64,000 bases of DNA from Waterburya sp. (GTDB lineage Bacteria > Cyanobacteriota > Cyanobacteriia > Cyanobacteriales > Xenococcaceae): positions 3,680,001-3,744,000 of the forward strand of contig CBDCJV010000002.1 of NCBI GenBank assembly GCA_965217895.1. The letters run 5' to 3'. The notes beneath the pieces are model-generated. The model was not told the origin of the DNA and made no database searches. It worked only from the letters and a program-made list of their open reading frames with translations. The position numbers were made by a program, and so were the translations under genes. Positions 30,204 through 40,371 of the stretch are shown in pieces; position 1 is the first letter of the stretch; every line of letters starts with the position of its first letter.

Positions 30204-31841
30204 TTAAAGTTTTTTTAATTCTTCAGTCAGAATATTTACGGTAAGGTGAATTTGCTCAACCGTATGATCGCAGGTAATAAAAAATCGCAATCGCGCCCCA
30301 TTTTGAGGTACAGAAGGATAAATCATAAACGGTACGTTAATCCCGCGTTTAAATAGATTCTGAGATAGCTGAATTGACTTGAGGGAATCACCGACAACAA
30401 TAGGAATTACAGGGGAATCTTGACTCATGCCCGTGTTTAAACCCTGCTCTTTAGCTAAATCGAGAAATAACTTGGCTCTGGCTTGGAGTCGAATAGCTCG
30501 CTCTGGTTCAGCTTTTAAAACGCGAATTGCTGCCAAAGTTGCTGCTGTATTGGGTGGAGACATCCCAACGCTAAACACAAAGCCAGGAGCAGTATATTTG
30601 AGATATTCAATTAAGGCATGAGAACCAGCAATATAGCCTCCGCAGCTAGCAAACGACTTGCTAAGAGTTCCCATCCACAAATCAACGTCTTGGGGGTCGA
30701 TTTGACAATGTTCGCTGATTCCTCGACCAGTTTTGCCAATTGTTCCCATAGAATGTGCCTCATCTACCATTAAGAAGGTTTTATATTGCTGTTTAAGCTC
30801 AATACAGCGAGGTAAATTGGCAATATCACCATCGGTACTGTATACGCCTTCTATGACGACAATTACTCTTTGATAGCGGTGTCGGCGATCGCGTAAAATT
30901 ATTTCTAATGCGTCCGTATCATTATGGGGAAAAGCAACTAAACTTGCCCCAGAAAGAAAACAGCCTTGAAGAATACTGTTATGGCTCAACGAATCATAGA
31001 TAACTAAGTCATTTTTGCCAAACAGATGACCAATGGTAGTAACGTTAGTCGCATGACCACCAACCATGACAATGCTGTCTTCTACGCCAATAAAATCAGC
31101 CAGCTCTTGTTCTAATTCTCTGTGTATTGGTTTTTCACCTGAAATTAAGCGACTAGCACAGGCAGATGTACCATAAAGCTCGGTAGCATCTTTAGCAGCC
31201 TGATTGACTAAAGGATCGCCACACATCCCGATATAGTTATAGGTAGCAAAGTTGATTAATTCACGACCATTGATAGTAGTGCGATCGTTAACTATAGTTT
31301 CTTGAGGGACAAAAAAGGGATTGCCGTTACCCAAGCTTGCTACCTGCGCTTGTTGTGCCAATAATTTTTTATATTCGGGAAATTCTGTAAACTGGTAATT
31401 TTCTAAGGGTATTTCTGATTGATTGTTACTGTTGCTAGTAATCAAATTATCTTTATTACCTTTTATTGCCAAAGAAGCCGAAATTAGATCTTGAGCAGAA
31501 TTTACCTGAGCAGATGATAGGTTATCGACTGCTAAATATTGTGCCAAAGCCTCAATATTTTGATAATCCCAAAGCAAAGTTGGTGGTAAACGACAACCAA
31601 GATAGTCTTCTAAATCTCCAGATAAATTAATCGCCTCGGCTGATTCTAAGCCATATTCTTCAAAATTTTGGACAACATCAATTTGATTTGGCTCAATTTC
31701 TAAGACTTCTGCTAATTTGTCAATCAACCAACCCTGTATTGTCTCTGCTTTAGATGCAGCGTTAAGGCTATTTAATTTGCCATTGCTGCTGGCAGAAATA
31801 TTTGTATCTTTACCATTTAAGGTTTCGTTGAACAGCGTCAT
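30204..31841 (-). CDS. Acyl-carrier domain fused to a PLP-dependent alpha-oxoamine synthase (AONS/SPT-like)
   Basis: ACP motif YGLESAEA...PPTLLWDY; class II aminotransferase motifs LSHNSI, EGVYSTDGD, DEAHS, GTLSKS, ARLRFF. Confidence 0.9.
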   Translation of the reverse strand: MTLFNETLNGKDTNISASSNGKLNSLNAASKAETIQGWLIDKLAEVLEIEPNQIDVVQNFEEYGLESAEAINLSGDLEDYLGCRLPPTLLWDYQNIEALAQYLAVDNLSSAQVNSAQDLISASLAIKGNKDNLITSNSNNQSEIPLENYQFTEFPEYKKLLAQQAQVASLGNGNPFFVPQETIVNDRTTINGRELINFATYNYIGMCGDPLVNQAAKDATELYGTSACASRLISGEKPIHRELEQELADFIGVEDSIVMVGGHATNVTTIGHLFGKNDLVIYDSLSHNSILQGCFLSGASLVAFPHNDTDALEIILRDRRHRYQRVIVVIEGVYSTDGDIANLPRCIELKQQYKTFLMVDEAHSMGTIGKTGRGISEHCQIDPQDVDLWMGTLSKSFASCGGYIAGSHALIEYLKYTAPGFVFSVGMSPPNTAATLAAIRVLKAEPERAIRLQARAKLFLDLAKEQGLNTGMSQDSPVIPIVVGDSLKSIQLSQNLFKRGINVPFMIYPSVPQNGARLRFFITCDHTVEQIHLTVNILTEELKKL

Positions 31842-32123
31842 TACTCACTCCTACACCACTTAATTGAAAATTTACTGCGAGGATCTTGTCCACCAGCAGA
31901 TACTGAGAATCTTAGGGATCGCTTTTACTAATTACTGATTACTGTTTTGCCATGAACCCCCACCAAAATACCAAGGTATTCAGCAGGGGCTTGTTTTAGT
32001 TGCTTGATTAATAACACTAATATAATGGCGACCTCACCTTTTGTTATAGATCATAAATAATAGATCGAATTTATAACAAAGTAGTGTAGATCGCCAGTAA
32101 TTCAGGTAAATAGGTCGTCAGTT

Positions 32124-33107
32124 TTAACTCGCAATATACTCTCGAACGTAGCTTCGACGACGTTTAAGCTGTGCTAAAGCCTGATGCTCTAGTTGACGTA
32201 CTCTTTCCCGACTAAGACTCATTCTCTGACCAATTTTAGCTAGGGATAGTTCTTTACCATCTTCTAAACCAAAACGTAAGGTAATGACTTCTTGCTGTTG
32301 AGGGGACAAATCCGCCATTAGATTATATAGATCTTGGCGTAAAAGCTGCTGAGTCGCATAGTTATCTGGCGAAGCTCCTTCATCTTCTAGCAACTCTGAT
32401 AACTCAGTGTCCTGGTTGTCACCCACACGCACATCCAGAGAAATTGGTTGACGGGCAATACTCAAATACTCGCGAATTTGAGCGGGTTTGAGATCTAGCT
32501 CTTTAGCAATTTCTTGGGGTTCGGCACTACGTCCTAATTTTTGAGATAGCTCTCGTTGAGTTTTCTTGATTTTATTAAGTTTTTCGGTTATGTGAATCGG
32601 CAAACGAATGGTACGGGCTTGTTGAGCGATCGCTCTGGTGATTGCCTGGCGAATCCACCAGTAGGCATAGGTAGAAAATTTGTATCCTTTGGTAGGATCA
32701 AATTTTTCTACTCCTCTTTCTAAGCCAAGACTACCTTCCTGAATCAGATCGAGAAATTCCATATTCCGCTTTTGGTATTTTTTAGCGATCGCTACTACCA
32801 AACGCAGGTTAGCCTCAATCATTTTACGCTTTGCTCTTTGACCTTCAGTGATAACCCTGTTAAGTTCAATTTCACTCATTTGGGCTGATTTTGCCCACTC
32901 CTTCAGGCTGAGTGTAGTGTCTAACTGTTGCTCTAACTCTTCTTTCTCGGTTAACAGGATCATCATTTTCTGTACTTGCTTACCGTAAACAATTTCTTGT
33001 TCATGGGTCAACAAGCGTACCCGTCCAATTTCATGGAGATAAGTTCTGACCATATCCGCTGAATAGTTACTTCTGGGGTTGGTTTTAGCGATTTTAGCTT
33101 TGGGCAT
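32124..33107 (-). CDS. Group 2 sigma-70 factor (SigB-like)
   Basis: [50 protein letters not shown]; no region 1.1. Confidence 0.93.
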   Translation of the reverse strand: MPKAKIAKTNPRSNYSADMVRTYLHEIGRVRLLTHEQEIVYGKQVQKMMILLTEKEELEQQLDTTLSLKEWAKSAQMSEIELNRVITEGQRAKRKMIEANLRLVVAIAKKYQKRNMEFLDLIQEGSLGLERGVEKFDPTKGYKFSTYAYWWIRQAITRAIAQQARTIRLPIHITEKLNKIKKTQRELSQKLGRSAEPQEIAKELDLKPAQIREYLSIARQPISLDVRVGDNQDTELSELLEDEGASPDNYATQQLLRQDLYNLMADLSPQQQEVITLRFGLEDGKELSLAKIGQRMSLSRERVRQLEHQALAQLKRRRSYVREYIAS

Positions 33108-33377
33108 CTGTACAGTTATGACTCCTTATAAACTGATTAAAAGTCAGCAATACTTCTTCTTTTTGCGAACTGTCCGACTGAATGTTTAGACGTGGGATTA
33201 GTTACAAAGGTTCAACTAATTTTTTAATAGCTTTAAGCTCTAGGCTGTAAGCTATAAGCATTAGTAATAAAAAATTATTAATCTCCTCCCTACTTATATA
33301 TGATCGACCTAAACGGTTTATGCAATAACAATCTTGATGTATGGATTGCCGAACTATTTAGGATGTAATTTACAACA

Positions 33378-33460
33378 ACAGTTAGACGAGCGACCCCGCG
33401 TCGGCGTAAGACGCAAGGGAATGCGCGAGGAAAGCAGTTAGGACAGTTAGGACAGTTAGG
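33378..33460 (+). repeat. Small dispersed repeat, copy 2, with a tandem ACAGTTAGG tail
   Basis: 58/65 identity to the reverse complement of 3816-3880; followed by (acagttagg)2. Confidence 0.9.
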
Positions 33461-33477
33461 AATGATCGTTCTAATAT

Positions 33478-34545
33478 TTACTGATTAAACAAATTAAGCA
33501 TGGTCATGGCAAACCATAAAGTTAAGCTGATCCCCAGCCAAGTTAGAAAACAGTAGCGAGTTAACGTTAAAGCCCGATCAATTTTACTAACAGAAATTGC
33601 TTCTACAGGATTTCCCAGCAAAGGTTTATTTTTAACTACCCCTTGATAAGTATTTTGACCCCCTAGCTGCACTTTTAAAGTTGCTGCATAAACTGCTTCA
33701 CTCCAGCCTGAGTTGGGGCTAGGATCTTTGATTCCATCTCGGCGACAAATTTCTATTACTTTTAAAGGCTCACCAGAAAACAAGCTCAAAGTCAATACAG
33801 TTAAGCGACAGGGAAGCCAGGTTAAGCGATCTTCTAATTGCGCGCTAAACCAGCCTAGATCGCTATAGGGTTCTCGGCGATAGCCCACCATTGAATCTAG
33901 AGTGCTTGCAGCCTTGTAAGCCAATGCCAACGGTACTGAACCTACACCTGGAATAAAGACTCCTAAAATGGCATAAAAAAGAGGGGCTGTGACTCCATCT
34001 ACCGTATTTTCAGCTATAGTCTCCAGCAATGCCCGCAGTATTTCCGACTCTGATAAATTATCTGTGTCCCGCCCTACATATAGGCTGAGGCGAGAACGAG
34101 CTATGGTTAAATTTTGAGTGTTGAGCGATCGCAAAACATCTTCAACTGCAACTCTCAGACTCTTGCCCGCCAAGCAACTAGCTAGTAATACTATTGCCAC
34201 GGCAGATCCTAATAAAGGATGGATGATACTAAATCCCCAAATAGTTAACCAGCCTACTAAGCCACTGCCAATAATTAGAATTAGTCCTAAAAACACCCCT
34301 GCAAGACGACGTTGCCATCCAGGTTGAAAAAGTTTGACAACTAAGTCTACATAGTTTTTAATTAGCCAGCCCATAACCTGCACTGGATGAAGCCATCCCC
34401 AAGGATCTCCGATTAAGTAATCTTCAATAGCTGCTAGGAGTAAAATTAAGGGTGAAAATTGAACTGAAAAAATAGCAGAAAAGGCAATTTCTAATTGATT
34501 AAGATCTAATTTGTTCAACGTTATCTTCCCAATTTTGCCCATCAA
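33478..34545 (-). CDS. cbiB: Adenosylcobinamide-phosphate synthase; true start probably downstream of the called ATG
   Basis: GDPWGWLHPVQVMG, VGRDT, AENTVDGVTAPLFY, YKAASTLDSMVGY, SPNSGWSEA. Confidence 0.93.
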   Translation of the reverse strand: MMGKIGKITLNKLDLNQLEIAFSAIFSVQFSPLILLLAAIEDYLIGDPWGWLHPVQVMGWLIKNYVDLVVKLFQPGWQRRLAGVFLGLILIIGSGLVGWLTIWGFSIIHPLLGSAVAIVLLASCLAGKSLRVAVEDVLRSLNTQNLTIARSRLSLYVGRDTDNLSESEILRALLETIAENTVDGVTAPLFYAILGVFIPGVGSVPLALAYKAASTLDSMVGYRREPYSDLGWFSAQLEDRLTWLPCRLTVLTLSLFSGEPLKVIEICRRDGIKDPSPNSGWSEAVYAATLKVQLGGQNTYQGVVKNKPLLGNPVEAISVSKIDRALTLTRYCFLTWLGISLTLWFAMTMLNLFNQ

Positions 34546-34891
34546 AAGATCTTATTGTAAATTGTTTCAATAGATCTCCATCTAGACAACGAACGTTAAC
34601 ATCTACCATATCTGGATGAGAGCGAGGACGATAAAAAGAATGGATGCCACAAATTGAACAAAAAGTATGCTGGGCGACTTTTGTGTTAAATGTATAGTCA
34701 GTTAAAAACTCTTTTCCCTCTAATAAGGTAAAGTTTTCTGGGGGAACAATCAAATGCAGGAAACCTTTTTTACGGCAGATAGAACAGTTACAATCGTCTA
34801 CAATAAAGCGATCGACTAATACTTGAAAGCGAACTGTTCCACAATGACAACCGCCTTCACAAATTAAAGAATTTTGAGCTTTATTCATCAA
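34499..34891 (-). CDS. GFA/CENP-V family Zn-binding protein
   Basis: GGCHCG, CNCSIC, FCSICGI, PRSHP. Confidence 0.92.
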   Translation of the reverse strand: MMNKAQNSLICEGGCHCGTVRFQVLVDRFIVDDCNCSICRKKGFLHLIVPPENFTLLEGKEFLTDYTFNTKVAQHTFCSICGIHSFYRPRSHPDMVDVNVRCLDGDLLKQFTIRSFDGQNWEDNVEQIRS

Positions 34892-34903
34892 AATATTTAA
34901 TAG

Positions 34904-35347
34904 CTAAACAACAAAATTATTCTCTTCCCCTTGAGATGCCTGCCAACTCCTAGCATCATAATATAAATCGGCTAAAGTTATGCTGTGCAGAGCTTCTTTT
35001 AGCTTTTGGTGCAACCTTTTCCAAAGGCTAAATGTTACCCAATCTTCAGCTAAATTATGATCGGGAGAATAATTTGGTAAAGGTTCAATAGTTTCGCCTA
35101 CAGCCTCTAAAATTTTGCCTAAAGAAATTTGCTCTGGCTTATAAGCCAATTGATAACCTCCTTTTGCTCCTCTAACGGATTTAACAATACCAGCGCGACG
35201 CATTTCAATCAATAACTTCTCTAAATAAGGTGCAGGTAAATCTTGTCGTTGAGCGATCATCTTTACTGATGCTGGTCGATATTCTGGCTGTAAACTAAGG
35301 TCTAATAATGCTTTGACACTATAATGACCACGAGTTGTTAATTTCAT
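34904..35347 (-). CDS. Rrf2-family transcriptional regulator lacking Fe-S cysteines
   Basis: MKLTTRGHYSVKAL, YLEKLL, SVRGAKGGYQL. Confidence 0.92.
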   Translation of the reverse strand: MKLTTRGHYSVKALLDLSLQPEYRPASVKMIAQRQDLPAPYLEKLLIEMRRAGIVKSVRGAKGGYQLAYKPEQISLGKILEAVGETIEPLPNYSPDHNLAEDWVTFSLWKRLHQKLKEALHSITLADLYYDARSWQASQGEENNFVV

Positions 35348-35597
35348 TATTGTTTTTTAAATCCTTGGTAAAACTTATTTAAATAATTTGATATTTTTTA
35401 AAAAGTTAGCAATATTAATTTCTGGTAGTGCCAACTATATTAATAAAACCAAAATTTAAATTTTTATTTATTTAATTATGCTCAATAAGTGTAATATAGT
35501 TTTATATGAAGATATCAAAGTAAAATATATAAACTTTGTATAACTTTAGCGAAAAGCAAAATTGTAAACCAAGTAAATTTTTAGTTGTTTCAAGTTA

Positions 35598-35984
35598 ATG
35601 GCAAAAGCAACCCAACCACAACCTTTAGTAGGTGCAACATTAATCGATAAAGTAAAAGAGCTAGGTAATCTCTCTAAAGAGGAAAAAGCTAGAGAATGTG
35701 GCTATTATACAGTCACTAAAAACAACGTAGAACGAGTCAATATGATGAAGTTCCTGAATGCACTAATTGATGCAGAAGGAATCGAGTTAGACAGTACTTC
35801 CAACGGTCAAGGTAGAGGTGGCCGTTCTGCTAGCTATCGTATTAGCGTTCAATCGAATGGCAATCTATTGATTGGCTCTGCCTACACTAAGAAAATGGGA
35901 TTAAAACAAGGTGATGAGTTTGAAATAACTCTGGGAAGAAAACATATCCACCTAAGACAAATTGGGGTTGATGACGAGGAGTAA
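35598..35984 (+). CDS. Cyanobacterial AbrB-like regulator (cyAbrB)
   Basis: ARECGYY, GRGGRSASYRISVQSNGNLLIGSAYT, FEITLGRKHIHL. Confidence 0.93.
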   Translation: MAKATQPQPLVGATLIDKVKELGNLSKEEKARECGYYTVTKNNVERVNMMKFLNALIDAEGIELDSTSNGQGRGGRSASYRISVQSNGNLLIGSAYTKKMGLKQGDEFEITLGRKHIHLRQIGVDDEE

Positions 35985-36247
35985 TATTAAGTATAGTCTC
36001 AATAGAGTAATTTGAATTAGGCAAAATTTCAAGAGTTTTTTAAACTATCAACAAGCTTATTTGAGGAGTTCGGTTGAACCAAAAATTATCGACCGTTCAT
36101 CCTCATGTTTTATTTCTAATAGTTTTTTTACACTCAATACTACTATACAAATGTTGAATATCAATGTGCATCAAATACAAAACGCTTGATTGCTTAAGCA
36201 GGAAATAAACTATTGCTCTTATTAATCAAATTGAAAATGCAATTTAA

Positions 36248-37879
36248 TTAAAAGTTTTTGATAGCGAGTACCCACTTTAAAGATTTAAATTTGGAGCTTT
36301 TAATGACGATCTGTTGAGAAAGATCTAGTTTTTCTAGAGTGATGGGATCTGTCAGTAAGTAAACAGGATAATTTTGTTGCCAGGTTTGTTTTAGCTGAGT
36401 GAGAGATTGAGGCACGATCTGGCGATCGCTATAAAAGTTTAAGCTAGGTCTTTCTTGAGGCATAGAAGTATAAATTATCGTCTCAGCAGGAGTATGCTCA
36501 CGGATAAGAGTAGCGATGGGTTCAACAGGCTCAGTCGTGTTTATTTCCCAAATCCAATGAGGGGAAATAATCAACAGAAACATCGAGATAAACAGTCCCC
36601 AAAATAGTAGAGGGACAAACTGTTTTTCTCTTTGAGCGATCGCAATCGCCGTGACCGTAAAAGTAATAGCTAATGAACCACAAATAAAGGGTAGGTAAAA
36701 ATCTACATAGTTTCTTATCCCCCAATGTAGTCCTGCAAAAGCAGCCACACCAGCCATCAGCACAAAGCTGTAGATCCAGATACGGGGATAGGCTATGTAG
36801 GTAGGTACATTGCGAACCATATCTAGCTGTCTTCCTGCTGCTAATGCCAAAGCAGGATATAGAGGCAACACTGACCAGTAACCTTGGTTAAAGATTGCGA
36901 TCGCCAGACTTAAAATAGTATAGATGCCGAGCCAAGTAATCAGTAGCTTACCCCATCCCCATTGAAGATTAAGACTAATCAATTTTAGACCCATCGCCAT
37001 TATTACTAACCAAGGCAATAAATATTGCAGACCAGATAATAAATAGTATTCAGGAAATAGCTGCACCTGAATTTCAGCAGCAGAAATATCTCCTAGAAAT
37101 AGCTGGGAAAAATCCCAGGTAGTTTCAAATTCGTGATAGCGAAACCATTGAGCAACATACCAAGCTACAGCGGGTGCAGTTCCTAAAATTATCCCCACCC
37201 AGTAATAGATAGAAGTAAGTAAGCGGGGCGTATCCCAAAGCAAAAAAATGATCGCAATTACTAATATCTGTAAGCTCAAAATTCCTTTAGTTAGAGCCAT
37301 TAGTCCCAAACCAATGCCAGCCAGTAAAGACCATCTAAAATCTCGACGCGATCGCAATATAGCCCAGATAGTCAACAATTCAAAACACAGCAACGGTCCA
37401 TCTAGCATTGCCAATCTGCTCAAACGTAATACAGGCAAGCAGGTCAAATATACCAAAGCCGAAAACAGAGCAGGCAGACGAGACACAAAAATTTCCCGCC
37501 CGATATTGTAGAGTAAAAGAACCGACACTGCTCCTAATAATGCTCCTGGCAAGCGGGTTGTAAACTCACTAACTCCAGCAACTTTATAGGCGATCGCAAT
37601 TAAGTCATGAACCAAGGTTGGCTGCTCTAAATATGGCTCACCCCAGAGAGTCGAAAAAATCCAGTTGTCTCCTAACCAGGATCCTTGATAGATTTCTTTT
37701 GCTACTTGTGCTACAACCCCTTCCTTAAAGTCTATTAAAGGCAGATTTCCTAAATTAACCAAAAATAAAACTAATGCTGCCAAAAATAAGCTAATAAAAC
37801 AAAAGCACTCTAGCCAAATTTCACCTTGGCGCAGTTTGTTAGAAGAGCGTTTCCAAATGGATGTAGGATGGGAGGACAT
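36248..37879 (-). CDS. ArnT/PMT-like (GT39/GT83) membrane glycosyltransferase
   Basis: GVSEFTTRLPGA, RLAMLDG, LTKG, LPLYPALAL, RPSLNFYS. Confidence 0.85.
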   Translation of the reverse strand: MSSHPTSIWKRSSNKLRQGEIWLECFCFISLFLAALVLFLVNLGNLPLIDFKEGVVAQVAKEIYQGSWLGDNWIFSTLWGEPYLEQPTLVHDLIAIAYKVAGVSEFTTRLPGALLGAVSVLLLYNIGREIFVSRLPALFSALVYLTCLPVLRLSRLAMLDGPLLCFELLTIWAILRSRRDFRWSLLAGIGLGLMALTKGILSLQILVIAIIFLLWDTPRLLTSIYYWVGIILGTAPAVAWYVAQWFRYHEFETTWDFSQLFLGDISAAEIQVQLFPEYYLLSGLQYLLPWLVIMAMGLKLISLNLQWGWGKLLITWLGIYTILSLAIAIFNQGYWSVLPLYPALALAAGRQLDMVRNVPTYIAYPRIWIYSFVLMAGVAAFAGLHWGIRNYVDFYLPFICGSLAITFTVTAIAIAQREKQFVPLLFWGLFISMFLLIISPHWIWEINTTEPVEPIATLIREHTPAETIIYTSMPQERPSLNFYSDRQIVPQSLTQLKQTWQQNYPVYLLTDPITLEKLDLSQQIVIKSSKFKSLKWVLAIKNF

Positions 37880-38290
37880 AGCTGAAAAATTACAAAAAAT
37901 AAATTAATTGGATTTTTTATTAAGCTGACAAATATATGAATATTTAAATTTAATTTGACTTAATCACATCGATTCTTAAATTTAACTTTTTGACCAGAAA
38001 GATATTCGCTTTCACTAGTTTATCTCTTAATGCTATTACCGAGGCAGCTTTTATTGAAGTACTAAACAATTTAATTTTTTAACCGAGATGTTAAAATATA
38101 ACCCAAGAAAACAGCTACGGCTAAGTTCAACTCATACGTTTGTTTTACCTCAGTTTTCAAGGCATTCGTTATAATTAACGGACTCATAAAAATAAGTTAA
38201 GCATGACTCAAATTATTCAGTTGAAGCAAATAATTTGCTTCAATTATTGAACTGCCAATCTGCCAAAAAAGCCAATTTTTTACTTAGCTT

Positions 38291-40213
38291 ATGGAAGGAT
38301 CTTTTGAAATTACTCTACAAATAGTTATTACTGTTCTTGCAGGAATCAGCGCACAAGTAGTAGCCGAATATTTTCAAGTTCCTAGTATAGTTTTTCTATT
38401 GATTTTCGGCATCCTCTTAGGTTCAGACTCTTTGAACATACTCCATCCTCACGATCTTGGTATTGGCTTGGAAGTTTTAGTTACCCTTTCTGTGGCTATT
38501 ATTTTGTTTGAAGGCGGACTTAACCTAGAATTACGCGACTTGGGCAAAGTTTCAGGTAGCCTGCGTAACCTGGTAACAATTGGCACTTTGATAACCTTAG
38601 TAGGTGGTGGTATGGCGGCACACTGGTTAGCGGAGTTTCCTTGGTCAATTGCTTTTCTTTACGCTTCTTTAGTCGTGGTAACTGGACCGACAGTGATTAG
38701 CCCTTTACTTAAGCAGGTAAAAGTCGATCGTCAGGTGGCAACTCTTTTAGAAGGAGAAGGAGTTTTAATCGATCCTGTCGGTGCGATTTTAGCAGTAGTA
38801 GTTTTAAACACCATCCTTAATACTAATGCTGCCCCTCTAGACATTATGAGTGATTTAGTCTTGCGATTAGGCATTGGAGCGGTTGTAGGTGGATTAGGAG
38901 GCTGGTTGCTGGGGCTATTTCTCAAAAAAGCCAACAGTCTTTCCGAAGAACTAAAAAACCTGGTTGTCCTAGCTGCGGTCTGGGGATTATTTGTGCTGTC
39001 TCAAAGCTTAGGCAGTGAATCAGGATTAATGGCAACTGTTATAGCTGGCATTGTGCTTAAAGCCTCTGCCATTCCTGAAGAAAGACTTTTAAAAAGATTT
39101 AAAGGTCAGTTAACGGTGCTTTGTGTTTCAGTACTATTTATTCTCTTAGCCGCCGATCTTTCTATTGACAGCGTTTTTGCCTTGGGCTGGGGAAGTGTCT
39201 TATCGGTTTTTGTCCTGATGTTAGTTGTTAGACCAATTAGCGTTGCTGTCTGTACTTGGAATAGCACAATGAACTGGCGACAAAAATTATTCCTAGCTTG
39301 GATTGCCCCAAAAGGAATCGTATCAGCTTCTGTAGCTTCTTTGTTTGCTATTTTGTTGACGGAGAGAGGAATTAATGGTGGTGATGCTATTAAAGCTCTA
39401 GTTTTTTTAACCATTCTCATGACCGTATTTTTGCAAGGCTTAACTGCACGATGGGTAGCTGGTTGGTTAAAGATTTCCTCTAGCAATGCTAAGGGAGCAG
39501 TTATTATTGGTTGCAACCCTTTAGGTCGTTTTATGGGACGACTATTTCAACAGCTAGGTGAATCCGTAGTGATGATTGATACCGATCCCGAAGCCTGTAA
39601 AAAAGCTGAAGCGGAGAATTTGCCAGTATTTCAAAGTAGTGCCTTAGATCCCGAAGTTTTAGCCGAAGCAGGAATTGACTCTATGGGGACATTTCTCGCT
39701 TTAACTAATAATGGTGAAGTTAATTTAGTGTTGGCTCAAAGAGCAGTTGAAGAATTTCAGCCACCTAGAGTATTAGCTGCATTTCCCCAAAATGACTCTA
39801 CCGAAACCAGCAGTAAAAAAGTTAACCAAGCTCTAATTCCCCAGCTACAAATCAAAACCTGGAACAGCTATATTGATGATGAACAAATCAAATTAGGCTG
39901 GACGATTTTAAAAGAGCCTGAATTTTCTCTCAAGGTAGCTCATCTACAGGCATTGATTCGTGCAGGAGAAATGTTGCCTCTATTGGTAAAAAGAAGTGGT
40001 AGTTTGCAGGTGGCAGTGGCAGCCGAAGAATGGCAGGTCGAAGACGAGATCTATTATCTAATACACGATCCCCGACCAAAATTATTAAAGCGTCTGTCGG
40101 GTGGAAATCAATCTTCTCGCCTGTTGTTAGAAAAACTGCCTGAAGTAGAGGAGATTCCTTTAGCTGCCCCCATATCTCAAGCGTCTCCCAAAGTAATTGA
40201 AGAAACAATTTAA
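38291..40213 (+). CDS. CPA1 Na+/H+ antiporter with TrkA-N domain
   Basis: ILFEGGL, VTGPTVI, EGVLIDPVG, APKGIVSAS; C-terminal NAD-binding-like domain. Confidence 0.92.
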   Translation: MEGSFEITLQIVITVLAGISAQVVAEYFQVPSIVFLLIFGILLGSDSLNILHPHDLGIGLEVLVTLSVAIILFEGGLNLELRDLGKVSGSLRNLVTIGTLITLVGGGMAAHWLAEFPWSIAFLYASLVVVTGPTVISPLLKQVKVDRQVATLLEGEGVLIDPVGAILAVVVLNTILNTNAAPLDIMSDLVLRLGIGAVVGGLGGWLLGLFLKKANSLSEELKNLVVLAAVWGLFVLSQSLGSESGLMATVIAGIVLKASAIPEERLLKRFKGQLTVLCVSVLFILLAADLSIDSVFALGWGSVLSVFVLMLVVRPISVAVCTWNSTMNWRQKLFLAWIAPKGIVSASVASLFAILLTERGINGGDAIKALVFLTILMTVFLQGLTARWVAGWLKISSSNAKGAVIIGCNPLGRFMGRLFQQLGESVVMIDTDPEACKKAEAENLPVFQSSALDPEVLAEAGIDSMGTFLALTNNGEVNLVLAQRAVEEFQPPRVLAAFPQNDSTETSSKKVNQALIPQLQIKTWNSYIDDEQIKLGWTILKEPEFSLKVAHLQALIRAGEMLPLLVKRSGSLQVAVAAEEWQVEDEIYYLIHDPRPKLLKRLSGGNQSSRLLLEKLPEVEEIPLAAPISQASPKVIEETI

Positions 40214-40246
40214 AATATGAGTTCAGGCAGAAAAATAAGTAACCTG

Positions 40247-40311
40247 GTAAGGTGGGCAATAATAAAATTCAAACACATAACAGATTTTGAAAATACTCTT
40301 GCCCACCCTAC
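40247..40311. repeat. GTAG-type REP/REPIN-like inverted repeat between convergent genes
   Basis: gtaaggtgggcaa ... ttgcccaccctac (12/13 IR). Confidence 0.7.
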
Positions 40312-40371
40312 TATTATTGGTATTTTTTTTAATGATAATGACCTAAACCCAATAAACTCCTGCTGTCTAGA

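Noticed and set aside
30204..31841. Saxitoxin (sxtA) gene
   Set aside because: Lacks the methyltransferase and GNAT-like domains, and no other sxt genes are nearby
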